The notes beneath the pieces were generated by a model that was given only the letters and a program-made list of their open reading frames with translations, had not been told where the DNA came from and ran no database searches. DNA of 64,000 nucleotides from Stylophora pistillata (lineage: Eukaryota). Location of the stretch: positions 35,108 through 99,107 of the forward strand of contig NW_019217861.1 of NCBI RefSeq assembly GCF_002571385.2, given 5' to 3'. A program made the translations under genes and the position numbers. Below, piece after piece: positions 18,470 to 36,577 of the stretch (position 1 is its first letter; the number at the start of each line of letters is the position of its first letter).

Positions 18470-20695
18470 CTTTAAAACTTCCCTTATGCGAACCGCTGTA
18501 AACGATTTTTCTTGATTTCGCAACAGCGAAGCTTTACGCAGTTATTCATAAATTACCGGGTTAAAATTGGCTTCACAGTATTCCTAATCAAACCAGCAAA
18601 CCACAGAGATAGTGTTGATTGTTAGTGAAACAATGACGGTACAAAGAATCCTTTCAACTTTTCCCAGTCCTCACCACCCCCCGACATCCTGACGCTTTTC
18701 CTATACTCTTCCTCTTTTTAAATTTATTTTATTTTGTCGTGTTTTTTTTTAAAATAAATTTTTAATTCGCAGTTGGTTTTAATTTTAAAACGAGTAAAAC
18801 ACAGAAGCTCAATCAAAATTCCATTTTGAAAGGTTTGATAGCATCTCATCCAACAATTCAAATAAAAATTGATTGCTTAAAAGCATGTCGGTGACCACAG
18901 GGCTGGATCTATGTCAATCTTGGTCTTCTTCCTTCACCATTTGACAAGAGCAATTAGGGTTGATAACTGAGATATCTCACTTTTAACGTATGTTATCGGG
19001 TATAAACTAGAATATGCGAGAATATTCGCAACATTTTCCTCAGTCATCCAGTCGTTTAGTTCTGAATACGCAGGACTAGTTATCAGAGCGAAGAAACAAT
19101 AAATTTACTAACTCCAGCTGCAGTACTTAATCTTAGTTTTCTCTTGTAAAACAAACTGAAAAAGCCAATACGAAAAAATCCCACAACTCAAGTTGAAACA
19201 CTTAAATTCTTGGTTAACAAAACCTGGTGAAAAAAACAAAAACAAAACAAAAAAAACAGAAATCCTAGATGAATAAAAGTGTTAAACCCAATTTAAGGGC
19301 TCCGTGAAAGTCAAAACAATTATATTGATTAGGATTGATGCAAAAACAAAGTAGTAGTAATAATAATAATAATAATGCCAGAAAAATAGCAATATAATGA
19401 TGATAATTATAATAATAATAATGATAATAATAACAACAAAGATGAACGTGGAGAAAGAAGATCATGAAATGTTTCTCAATGAATCAGGAGATGGGGAATA
19501 CAGCTCTAACAGAGACAGTTAATTATGTCCATCATGACACGTTATAATCGCAAAGACTGTCAATACATGACATTCCAAATGTCAGTAAAACCTTTATTAA
19601 AACTCCCCGAACAGAGCAGTACAAAAGATCCCCACCTGGCGTATGTCAAGTCAGAGTGAATACTGCTTGAAGTTTTACATTTCGCAATCTAGATTCATGT
19701 ATATACTGATAACTTTTCTGCCTTTAAAAGCACACACAACCCACAATTCCTCTATTCGCTCCGACGAAGGGCTAACGCTCGGAACGTCCGTCAGCTTTTG
19801 TAATCGTTACGGTGGCCAATTTACCATTTCAACTTTGTTGATATATCCAAATTATTATATACTAATAACTTAGCTTTCAATATAGCGAGCTTCACTTGTA
19901 CATAAAAAGGCATGGTTAAAACGGCAAAACACTAATTTCCTTGGCTTGGTCCTCACAAAGAATGTAGCCTGAAAGCAAGCCCTCACATAAGCGCTGCTGT
20001 ACGCGTGTTCTCCGCCCGCGGGAATATTGATATCTGATACGAGTCGGGGAGAGGTTTGCGGCATGAGAAGAACTACTAAAAATTTATTCTATTAAATCTT
20101 TGCGAAATAATATTTAATACAAGGGCGTTGGGGAGTTCTAGGGTGTAATTAAATCCCAGTCTTATCTGGACAAAAAAGCAAAAATATATGTACATATTAT
20201 CATTACCCAAGTAAAATTAAAATTCTTAGCTTAAATTTCCTCTCTTACTGTTAAACACTAATTAATATAAATATATATTTATATCAATCATTGATATATA
20301 TTAATCATTGATATATATTAGTGGGCTTTATATTACGTTTAAAATACATTTAAATATACATTTACACTCACAAATACTTACACAATTACATTAACTTTCC
20401 CGAAATACTTTACGTTCAGTCGCATATGATACTTAAACACAAGAGACTGGAAAATATCACATCGTACGATTTTTCTAAAACTAAACTTGTGAAGTATCAT
20501 TCATTCCGAAGATGTAGTGCAATCTCTAATTTGATCATTAAATTTTTTCCAGTTCTACACTTTTACTGATCATTTTAACATATCTTTCCTCATCTCAGCT
20601 TCATCCCTTGATTGTTATTTATAGTTCTATTCCGAATCCGACGGAAGTTTGAGCCAGCTGCTTTCTCGCTATGTTCATTTTCCAGCACCTGGTTT

Positions 20696-26412
<5,717 letters not shown>

Positions 26413-27833
26413 ATTTTTTTTCTTGAAAATATGGAGCCGCTCTGTAGTACGTGTACTAATGCAAATTGTAGTAGTAAATACCGGTTGGATTGTTTATAAA
26501 CAGAGTGACACGTGATCAAAAGGGCGAGAAAGGCCAGTTTGCATCACAGAAAACCAGACGAGCGAGTTTTAGTTTTCTTATGATCTTCAGCTCGTCACGT
26601 AAGATACAAATATTTTCATTTCCCCACCAAAGAAAGCTTGTTTATGGTTTAAGTATTATTCAATAAAAAGTACACATATTCCAAAGTCAAGAGTGAGATT
26701 TCATGTACGATTTCCACTAAACTTTTCCTGTTATCCAAGTGGCGTGAACTGTGCCTTCGCGGTCGTCTTGACTTAATATTGTATTCGCACAAAATGTTCG
26801 ATTACATCACAACAGCCGACGTGGGCGTGCTGGAGGTGTATATGTACGCACGAATGAACCCTTATGTGGATAATGAATTGAATTTTTTAGTTGGGAAGCG
26901 GTTGAAATTACTAGTTGTAAACTTTACTACCCTCGTGATTGGAAGAATTTTATATTGCAAAATTATTAAAAATATTTTATTTCAAAACAAATTCACGATC
27001 AGTCACGCGAATTTACAGTCGTGTCGGGGTCGGAGGCAATAATTATCTGTGCGTACGCGAATTCATTCACACATTTCCCGCGAATGTTGCCGCATCACTT
27101 CCTGTGTACAGCCTTTGTGATTTGGATCAGGAGTCACGTTTCATCTTATTCCAATGAGCCTTCAAATACTCCATCTCTTTTTCTTCACATACTAGCTTGG
27201 GAGAATCGTTTCGTGTTCGAGTCAGTTCTTTTCTATCGCTTCCCTTCCTATATTTTCAAAGTAGACCATTAGCGGTTTCTCGCTATTCAAAATAACAAGA
27301 TAATCGTACAGTGTGTCTAGCTAATGGTTTGGCTCGACTTAGGTGTCCAGAGATAGCTTCAACCGTTTCTCTAGATCTGTTGGATCAATATGTTTGTCAC
27401 GAGAATATTTTGGAAGAAGTGGAGGGAAAACGAGGCAACAAACGGACCCTAGTTTCATCGCCGCGAACGATATTCATCTTGGCGCAAAAAGCTACCCTAA
27501 AATCAAAACATAAATTTCCGGATGCCAGTTTTTAATTGAACATTTCAGAAATTATTATTACTTCGTTGGGCGTTGTAGCGTATTTTGCGGTCTTAAGTGG
27601 AGAAACTGGCAGGTCAACATTAATGTATTAAAGCCCGATCGCGTGATTGTTCAGACTGATATGAGATCATTTTTTTCAGTTGTATCATTCTCAATCCCCT
27701 TCCAAAATGATAATTGACAGCAACGGCCTTTCATGTGTAAATTAAAAAATGGAGTTTATGTTCTTGAGCTTAAAAATATGTTTTGGGCCCTTCTCAGAGC
27801 TCATTTCAACCCTCGCCAAACTGGTTGGTCTAA

Positions 27834-27946
27834 GGGCGTAATTACATGAGCCGGGCTGATTTCATTTGTTTTCACGCTTTGGCGAACACCAAACAAAAGA
27901 AATCAGCCCGGCTAACAGGGCCAGCCCGGCTCATGTAATCAGGCCC
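27834..27946. mobile_element. Short Harbinger-type MITE
   Basis: GGGC..ATTACATGAGCCGGGCTG / CAGCCCGGCTCATGTAAT..GCCC. Flanks TAA/TGA. Confidence 0.65.
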
Positions 27947-28749
27947 TGAATGACTTTGAGTCGGGCACAAAGCGTATCTATGCCCCGGAACATAAACTCT
28001 ATTGTTTATTATATATGATTGTTTATTATACATGATTTTTGAAAATTTTTAGTAATTTGAATTACAAAGGCCGCGGTTGCTGTCATTTTTGTTCTAGTGG
28101 CACTAATTTTTGGTTTTAGCTCCTTATGAGGTACGATTTGTACAACAATACAACATTTCATAACTACTGTTAAAGGGTAGAATTCTTTGCAGAATGGTTT
28201 CACAGACATAGCTAATTTTAATTAATAAATCGACAGTGGTTTGCGTGGTCTGTACTCTTATCGACAACGATCTTCATCATCACGGTGGTTAAAATTTTGT
28301 GGTTCCGAGTCCGCAACAAATTTTTACCACTGTGATGACGAATATCGTTATCGATAAGTGTAGAGACCATGCCAAACCACTGGCGATGTGTTTTTTATCA
28401 CAATATCGACGTCAAATAAAATGATCTTTTAGTGCGTGACACTTTGCGTGACACATCGACGCGAGCGGCGTAATGTCAGTACTTTTATCGACAGCAGTAA
28501 ATAGGCCAATATTACGATATGACTGCCAATTGTGGTGACAATTTTTTTTTTCACACTTAAATGAACTAATAGATTATTTAATGTATCATTTCTTCATTTT
28601 CATAGTCTGCTGGTGCACATTACCATCTACTATTGTTTTGCTACAAAATTTTGTTACGTCCACGCTGAGTTCTATACTAATGGTTGTTCTACAATATAAG
28701 TCATGTACCTGTAGATTTGCTTAGCTTCACTCCTTGCCTTATTAGATGT

Positions 28750-31221
28750 TCAATCTCTGATAACATTCACATCAATAATAATGCTACTATTTACACAAGA
28801 TGCTGAAATTAAAATTTCCTGTCCAACTTCAACATCTACATCTTATTTCAAAACAATAGCGGCTTGTCTCCAGTGTGATTCAGGGTAATCTCCACTGTAC
28901 GTTGATAGTGAAAGTTGATGGCCAATGTGCAGTGCAAACCAGTAGGGAATGGCTTGAATCCTCCCTGACTTGGAGACTTTCACTCTTTTCTCAGAGTGGG
29001 TTTCAAGTAAAGAAAGTAACTTATTTTCGTCATCAAACTGCTCCATGAAATTTACACTAAAAAGTTCAGTATGGTTGGTGATGCTTGAAAATGGGAGAGT
29101 TGTAAGGTCAATATCTATCTGAGTGGTTACTTGAAAGTCATTCACAAAGTGGCCAATCTCAAGCCCTAGTGTTCTGTCCTGGTCAAGTACACAACAATTG
29201 GCAAACAGAAAGGGGGACTCTATGCACATGCAGTACAGAGTGAATCCCATAGGAAGGGTTTGAAAATTTCGAGGTGTTAGCAGACATCCTCTTGAAAATA
29301 CAATGTCTTCCATAACTTGCTGGCAAAGGACACCAGATGGCTCTACAGTGTCACTCACAAGCAAATTCCATTTTCTTCCTTCTCTGGCAATTTCTTCAAG
29401 TTTCTTCGGACCTTTCTCAATAACATCTGGCAAATGATTTGTGCGTAAAATATGTTCTATCCAATCAGTATTGTGAGGATTTAATATCAAGACATGGTCT
29501 GCCTTTCCTCTAGCAGCAAAATGAGAAAACAAAGCAGGGCCATTAGTTATGTCAAGAACATTACAAACTCCATCTTTACTAGGATTTTCATTGCCACTGC
29601 CTAAATGCTGTTTCAGTTTCAAGGAGTTAACAGCTCCTGAGATGACTTCATCATACAGGCTGTTTAAGGAGGCATCATTCAGGCGCCGCATGTATGAAGG
29701 TGGAATGACTGCCACAATCTCTTCAATGACATTCTTCCTTTCGATCAAGGGATTCATTGATATTGAAGTTTGTCTCTCCCTTTCAGATGGTACGCCACTA
29801 ACTTTAGATTCAAAAACTGGTTCTGTTGTGTTACTTCCACAAAAATTGAACCTCAGGCAATCTTTAGAAAGCTCTCCTTGAAGAGAAAGCAAGTCTCCCT
29901 TTGAAACTGCCAATTTACCTGAGGAATCACCGTAACTTGCGAAAATGGGGAAAATTGCTTGCTCCCAGCACAGAGAATCATCCTTGGGGCCAGTTGAAAG
30001 AGTTATATCTTCATCTAGTAGCAAATCAAACCAGACTGCCACTGCATCAGCTTGACCGTGGTGAGTTGCAGTGATTTCAATCTTTAAGTCCCTGTCTTTG
30101 TTCAAGCTACTGGGGTTGTTAAAATTATACTCTGTCACTTTAAAGGGGCATGTGAGAGGTGTAAAGCCACCTCTTAGCCGGTCCAAACACTCTGTACTGT
30201 ATGGTTCAAGCTGATCACATACATTGATACTTGCAGATGGTGTTTCTGTCTTTTGTTACATTAGCTCTCCTCCTATGCTACACTCTGGAAGCATTTTAAG
30301 TTCCCTCATTGTTGGTTTACACCTTGTTTGATTTCTGATGTCATCACACATAATAACCATAGCATAAAGTACAGCACCACCAGGAATGACCTTAGAAATG
30401 GGTTTTACATCAGATTCTGACTTCTCCTCTGGTGGGAGAATCAGCAAGTTACACCATGCATGTTCTATGGTGGTGAGAATTCCTTCTCCAAGGAGACCAC
30501 AGTCAAGTGTCTCAGTAACCACCAAAGAAACCTGCTTTGGGATATCCTTTCCTACTGTCATCTCAGTTGATTTCTTATGCACAGTGTGAACAAACTTTTC
30601 CATTTTGTTAGCCCTCAGCACATCCTGACCCATTTCAAACATGGTCTTGGACATTTCGCAGGCATAGACCTCTTTTGCTCCACTTTGAACAGCAAACATG
30701 CTTAAAATACCAGTACCACTTCCAATATCGAGGACAACGTCATGCCCTTGGCCTATGGCCTTGGCAATGGCTTGTTTGTAAGCTACATTTCTTTTCTTGT
30801 CATTCAACATTCTAAAATGCCACCTCTCTACCAAAAGATTTGCTACATTTTCAAGATTTTCTTTCGCTCTTATACTCGTGGGATTTAGATGTAATGCCCG
30901 TCTAAAACACGAAGCAGCCTCATCAGTGAAACCCAACTTGACCAAGTTTGCTCCTGTGTTGATAAGAACAATCTCACTTTGCGGATACAGTTTTAATGCT
31001 TCCCGAAGACAAATAATCATTTTATCCAGCTCGCCACGAGACTCAAGTATCTCTAACCACTTTCGCAAAGCGAGGATGAAGTCTATCTCCAACGCTTCTT
31101 TAGATGAAGGTTCCATATTAGCCAAAAATACCAAATGCGCCAAGGCATCGCCATACTTTTCGCGATAAAGACAGCTCTTAGCAGCATGAAAATGCTGTGA
31201 GTAAGAAGAGTTTTCTTGCAT
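28750..31221 (-). CDS. PRMT9: Protein arginine methyltransferase 9 (TPR + tandem MTase modules), apparently intronless, with two in-frame TAA codons
   Basis: TPR N-terminus, VERWHFRMLND, LDIGSGTG, VTETLDCGLLGE, EPY, CWEQAIF, HWRQAAIVL. The two ORF-track pieces and the last 30 codons (DVDVEVGQEILISASC...) share one frame, separated by TAA at 30256-30258 and 28843-28845. Confidence 0.85.
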
Positions 31222-31416
31222 TTTCGGAAACTATCCCAAATATTTGGAGCCAAATTCTTACGATTCTACAGAGGTTTGATAGAGAAGCCACGAATTCGAA
31301 CCAGAAAGAGCGCTACAATTAACGATCTTCGCCGTTCTCTTCGCCGCCATCTTCTTTATGTATAAATCTGCTGTTTGACTGCGGGCGCTGTCATCAAAGC
31401 GAGGCTGAGCGCCGGT

Positions 31417-31430
31417 GTTGCCATGGATAT
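31417..31430 (+). promoter_or_regulatory. RFX X-box upstream of the ciliary gene, within the bidirectional promoter region
   Basis: GTTGCCATGGATAT is close to the X-box consensus and ends about 65 bp upstream of the CFAP95 ATG. Confidence 0.6.
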
Positions 31431-31494
31431 TATGTAAACGCTGGCAATTTTACATTGTTTCCAGCCGGTGAAGCAGTGAACAGAACGAACGATC

Positions 31495-34400
31495 ATGACA
31501 GAGAATCATCCAAACTCGCTCGCTTTCATTCCTAGTTATATGGAAGTTAAAGGATCTCTTTTCTTACGATCTGATCACATGGATTATGGTAGACCAACTC
31601 TTGTGTCGAACTGGTAAGTCGCTTTCGAGCAAACGGTATTTGTCGCGTGCAGTTCCTGTCTCGATTGTAATCGAACGATAAACATTATTTTTGTTTTCCC
31701 AAAAGAAAAGGGGGAACCTACGTTTCTTTTTCTTAATTTAAGGCCTATCAAATAGTACATTTGATTGAAAAAAGAGTTGCATTTTCAATTAATTTCATGT
31801 CCCGTGGAAGGGGAGCATTCGGAGTGGGACGAGTTACTATGTTGACTAAGTTGGGTCCGTAGTCGTTCTATAAGTAAACAGTGCGTGGTTTGTTTGGATC
31901 AAGCTCTTTTGTGGAAAAGTGTTTTATTGTTATATCTATTATACATTGGTACGTCGTTGCAGCCCGACGTACCAAAATAAAGAAAATTTTTTGTTTATTC
32001 TTTGCAAGAATTGCCAACTTCCAGTTCAATACATTGAAACTAATAGTAAGGTAACATTTGCAAACGAAAGATTAAACAAATTGACCTCCTTTCTTTGTTT
32101 GGATCAAGCTTTTATGCGAACGCGTTCCACGTTTACATCTATTATACATAGGTACGTCGTCGCTGTTCGACATATTAAAACAACATATGCATTTCTGTTT
32201 ATTCTCTGCAAGATTTGCAAATAATTCTAGTTTCATTGTAGCCAATAGTTATTCATTGTAACATTTACAAACGAAAGATTAAAGAAGTTGATCCTCCTTT
32301 TCTTTTTTTTTCCTTTTCGCTATGAATGACCTTCAGAAATGACCCCACATTTCTTTCCCAACCTTTCAAACATTTTGGCAGTACTTTAAGATTTTCTTTG
32401 TCATTTTCAGCTCTTGAAGTCTGAGCATGTTTAGTTACTCTCTCAACAAAAATATACAGCTGGTTTGAACTTTTACTAATATCAATCAACTTTTCTACAT
32501 TTAATAGGCATCAAGCAAGGGAAGCTGAGCCCAAAGACTATGACATCAAAGATTACCAGCCCGAAAAGAGAAATCTCCATAACTCCACATACCACCGCAT
32601 TGGAAATGTCACAGATGGGGTAAGAAAACTTGATAATTTATTGAAAGTTTTGCACATAAGATTCAAGACTTTTTGCAGTTTTATATTTTCATGATCTCCA
32701 TGCCCCTCATTAACAAATTTGTCTTTTCACACTTCCATACCAATTCTCACACATCCCCTCCTCCTGTACCCCATGCTTTTGGGTAGGGCTATACCCCACC
32801 CTGCATTTCCCTCTATTATTTCTTAAGATTTTATTTTATCTAGATCCTTAAAACTCTTTTTTTTTCCTTGGTAAGATATTTAAAATTGTAAGGTTTCAAA
32901 AATTTCCAAGAGATTTTATGGACCCTGTTAAAGGCTTGAAAATGTGATCTCAAGTGCAAATTAAAACTTGTTATACACCACTTTATGGTATGTATTTTGA
33001 TTAAAATAATATCAACGTACTTTCCATTTATTTCTTCTCTCCTCCAGTCTTTACCTGAAACAACCAGTCATGACCAGATGGAACAAGCAGTGAAGCTTAA
33101 GAGTGACTTTGAAACAAGAGAAACAAGGCGGCAGATGGTAGACATGAACACTTTTAACAGTGTTGATTTCCAAAGGTACATGATTATCTAATTTACAAAT
33201 ATATCATGTATTTATGAAACTGTTTCTCTTCCTTACTCAGCTGTCAGCACTTACTGTTTAAGTGCTGACAATTGAGCTCAACCGCCTCCCGGTTAGCTCA
33301 ATTGGTTAGAGCGCCAGATTGTGTTGTGCAGGAGGTCAAGGGTTCGAGCCCTGGCCGGACCGATACTCATGGTCTTAAAAGAAGTGAGGAGAATTTGCTA
33401 CCTTTCTATAATCAAGAAATGGATAGATATTCTAGTCTTCTCGGATAAGGACGAATAAACAGTAGGCCCTGTCTCCTGCAGGGTTAGGGGTAGGAGACGT
33501 TAAATTTTCCACGCACGAGATTACTGTGTCATGGATGTCCTTCCNNNNNNNNNNNNNNNNNNNNNNNNNNNNNNNNNNNNNNNNNNNNNNNNNNNNNNNN
33601 NNNNNNNNNNNNNNNNNNNNNNNNNNNNNNNNNNNNNNNNNNNNNNNNNNNNNNNTTCATTGTATCTCATTTATCACTTTCACGGGTTTATTACGAATCA
33701 ACTTAACGGCCTGCTCCCAGTTGGCTTGTTAGCTCAATTGGTAGAGCGCTGCACTAGTATCGCAGAGGTCAGTGGTTCGAGTCCCGTACAGGCCTGATTT
33801 TTTTCAGGTCTGACTTTCGCTATTGCATAAATAGCGCTATCTACTGCGAGGATCGTGCATCATACGTATCTAATACCGCAGTGCAAAATATATGAACTTC
33901 ATATATTCATAGTATCTCATGACTAGTATTATTGTGTTGGTGTAAAGGTGCTTTTTGCAGACATGATGTTCCTAAAATGTCCAGGCATCAGATACAGTAC
34001 TTCTTTGTGTATAGCCCAAATTTTACTTTCTGCAATTGGTATTCAGCTAAAACAGAAATATGGAAGGGAAATTGTGAGGTAATTACTCCCTCACCATTAG
34101 ATCCATGATCCTTGATTTAGCATTTATTCAGTAAGTTGGAGTACTCTAAATATATCTGGGATATAAGTGTTTTTGAGTTAATTGGCTGTACTTCCCTCTT
34201 GTAATAGAAACACTGGGGCACCTGAGAGAGGATTTGGTAGTGTACTTCCAAGACATTCACTTGACCATGGAAAGAGGTAAATTTGTCATTACTTAAGAAT
34301 TCCACCCTTCCACCAAGTTTTCTTGTGGCAAAATTATGGAAGCTTTGCCTTAGTAGTTTCGAAGAAAAAAAACTGGTAAAAAAAATCCACCTAAAAACTA

Positions 34401-36577
34401 AGCTCAAAAGTGCTACATTTTGCTGACTTCTCTTTCTCTGTTAAGAATATGTAGCGTCCTTTTCTGATCCTGTGAAAACAATACTCAATATAGGACCAAT
34501 GTTAACGGTACCATTTTCAGACCAGAATAGCTGAAAAACCATACCTTGTGCGACAGCTTCAGGTTTAGAGAGAGTACCCCCACTACTATTCCCCTCCCCT
34601 CCCCTCTCACCCCTTTACTGAGTACGTTTTAATAGAATGTTTCACCTGTGCATCAAGTTAGTCAAAAAGATATCATGTGATTCAATTATTTTCAATTCTT
34701 TTTTAACTGCAGAATACCCTGCCACTTATTTACATGTCACTGAATAAGAATAGCCTCTATTTGTGTTATCTTCGTTCTTCACAATAGAGGCTATTCTTAT
34801 TCAATGACATGTAAATGAGTGGCAGGGTATTCTGTAGTCTAGCTTCTTTTTTTTTCAATGGTGTGGATTGTGAAAAGCAAGAAAAGAAATGAATAAAGGC
34901 TGATAGCTTCTAAAGAAACTGTTTGGGGCTGCGTCGGTGGGGGTAACGAAATAATTTTAATATATCAACAAAGTTGAAATGGTAAATGGACACATCGAAA
35001 CCAGTCGCTAGACATTTTTATTTACCTAACCATTCTAAGCAACACATGGCAATCTGCGGTCTTTCCTTACACTTAGGTAGCACGGCAAGCTGAAAAACTC
35101 TTGAACAAAGGCTCATCTTTCAAACCGGCTGTCTAAATCGCACAGGTATCAACGAACGCTTTTCGTTCCACTAATTTATTCGTGTTTTTCTCGTTGCCAT
35201 GTTTCCACCAATCACGTAGCTCCTTTTTCTGCATTTAAAAGCACACACAACCCACAATTCCCCTATTCGCTCCGACGAAGGGCTAACGCTAGAAACGTCA
35301 GCTTTTATAATCGTAAAGTTGGCCAATTTACCATTTCAACTTTGTTGATATATTCAAAGGAAAAAAAAAAAACAGATACAAGTACTACGTTTGAACTATT
35401 TGCAGGTACCTTGACACCACATACAGAGTGGATTATGATTCTCCGTATCCATATCAAACACAAAAGGTAACATACTTCTCTAGATGTAAACACAATGTGT
35501 TTGAGATGCATGCACGTTACATTACTACACCCAAATTGCGTGTATAATTTAGCTTCCGCGCTGATTAGTTCACCTAAACACAGGGGCGGATCCAGGATTA
35601 AGTCAAGGGGGTTGGGAGAATTGTCCGAGGGCATGCTCCCCAGGGAAATTTTGAAAATTAGGTCTTCGGAAACATAATTTCTAGCATTTTGAGGGAAAAT
35701 TTAGGGGGTTCGACCGAACCACATGAACCACCCCTGGATCCGCCCCAGTAAACAGCGTGCTCACTCCTTCCAGTTCCTCTCTTTCTTCGTTTTCGCCGTC
35801 CTTAGCGGCGTACAAGAGAACGCTAGCGTCGAAGAAAGCACTCGGTGGGTTCAAAGCTGTTTTTATTACAACAAGTATTTCTATGATAATTTATATTTCG
35901 TTTATAATCTTTGTTTTGATTGTTCAGTTACAGTTGTTTTCGTTAAAATTCCCAAGCGCGTACTATACTACGCGTAGAGCGCGTGCTTAATTACAAGCCC
36001 GAGCGCACGCGCGCAAGGGGAAATCGAGGCAAAGCCGAAAGCGAGCAGTAGCAAATGCAGTTTTGCGTTTTTGTGAAGAATCGAGTGGACGAATGACCAA
36101 AACTAATCGGAAGGAAGTTGTAGCAGTTTCCGATTTTCAGCGCAAAAAATTACGAAAAAAAGCTAAAAAAAAAAAAAGAGAAAAACATTCAAAAGTTTTT
36201 CTCTTGAAATAATTTTCACTAACAGCAGAAGTTGAAAAACTCCTACTATTAGAGAAATCAACTACGATTCAGGTGAATTTTACAGAAGCACTAAAAAAAC
36301 TCATACCTGGTAAAACATCATCAGTAATGAACAATTGTAATTCTTTCTCGTTCTCATTCTGTGTCATTCGGTTCTCCGGGTTCTTCACCAGACTCCTCCT
36401 CCAGAGCCCGACCAGTCTGCGCTTTGGCGGAAGTACCACTCCCAGTTTACCGATGTGGACGACTACAGACGACACGGACCAAACACGTGGCACAATGAGT
36501 CAGGAATTTACGCTAACACAGCTGTACGAGAACATGTTTTACAACCTACAAATCCTATACCAGAACGGCTTGGCTGA
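31495..36577 (+). CDS. CFAP95: Cilia- and flagella-associated protein 95 (C9orf135 family)
   Basis: Exons 31495-31613, 32508-32619, 33048-33175, 34208-34276, 35406-35466, 36392-36577, phases consistent. Motifs KGSLFLRS, NWHQAREAEPKDYD, STYHRIG, GFGSVLPRH, SQFTD, NTWHNESGIYAN. Confidence 0.85.
33282..33544 (+). mobile_element. tRNA-derived SINE (same family as 8187-8569)
   Basis: GTTAGCTCAATTGG...GGTTCGAGCCC head and shared core, truncated by a gap. Confidence 0.75.
33723..33795 (+). pseudogene. tRNA-Thr(AGT)-like sequence inside a dispersed repeat (about 33657-33910)
   Basis: Acceptor stem GGCTTGT/ACAGGCC, D arm GCTC/GAGC, anticodon loop CT-AGT-AT, but the T-stem is mispaired. The 3' flank recurs inverted at about 56997-57110. 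Confidence 0.6.
34706..34838. repeat. Long imperfect hairpin (about 57-bp arms) in a CFAP95 intron
   Basis: ACTGCAGAATACCCTGCCACT...ATAGCCTCTAT / ATAGAGGCTAT...AGTGGCAGGGTATTCTGTAGT. Confidence 0.85.
34900..35355. mobile_element. Penelope-like terminal repeat fragments in inverted plus direct arrangement
   Basis: 34900-34990 is the reverse complement of about 170-260, and 35160-35355 is a direct copy of about 1-200. Confidence 0.6.
35581..35748. mobile_element. MITE with 6-bp TSD
   Basis: CAGGGGCGGATCCAGG / CCTGGATCCGCCCCAG TIR with TAAACA on both flanks. Confidence 0.8.

Noticed and set aside
33723-33795. Functional tRNA-Thr gene
   Set aside because: T-stem mispaired, a mismatch in the anticodon stem, and embedded in a dispersed repeat.
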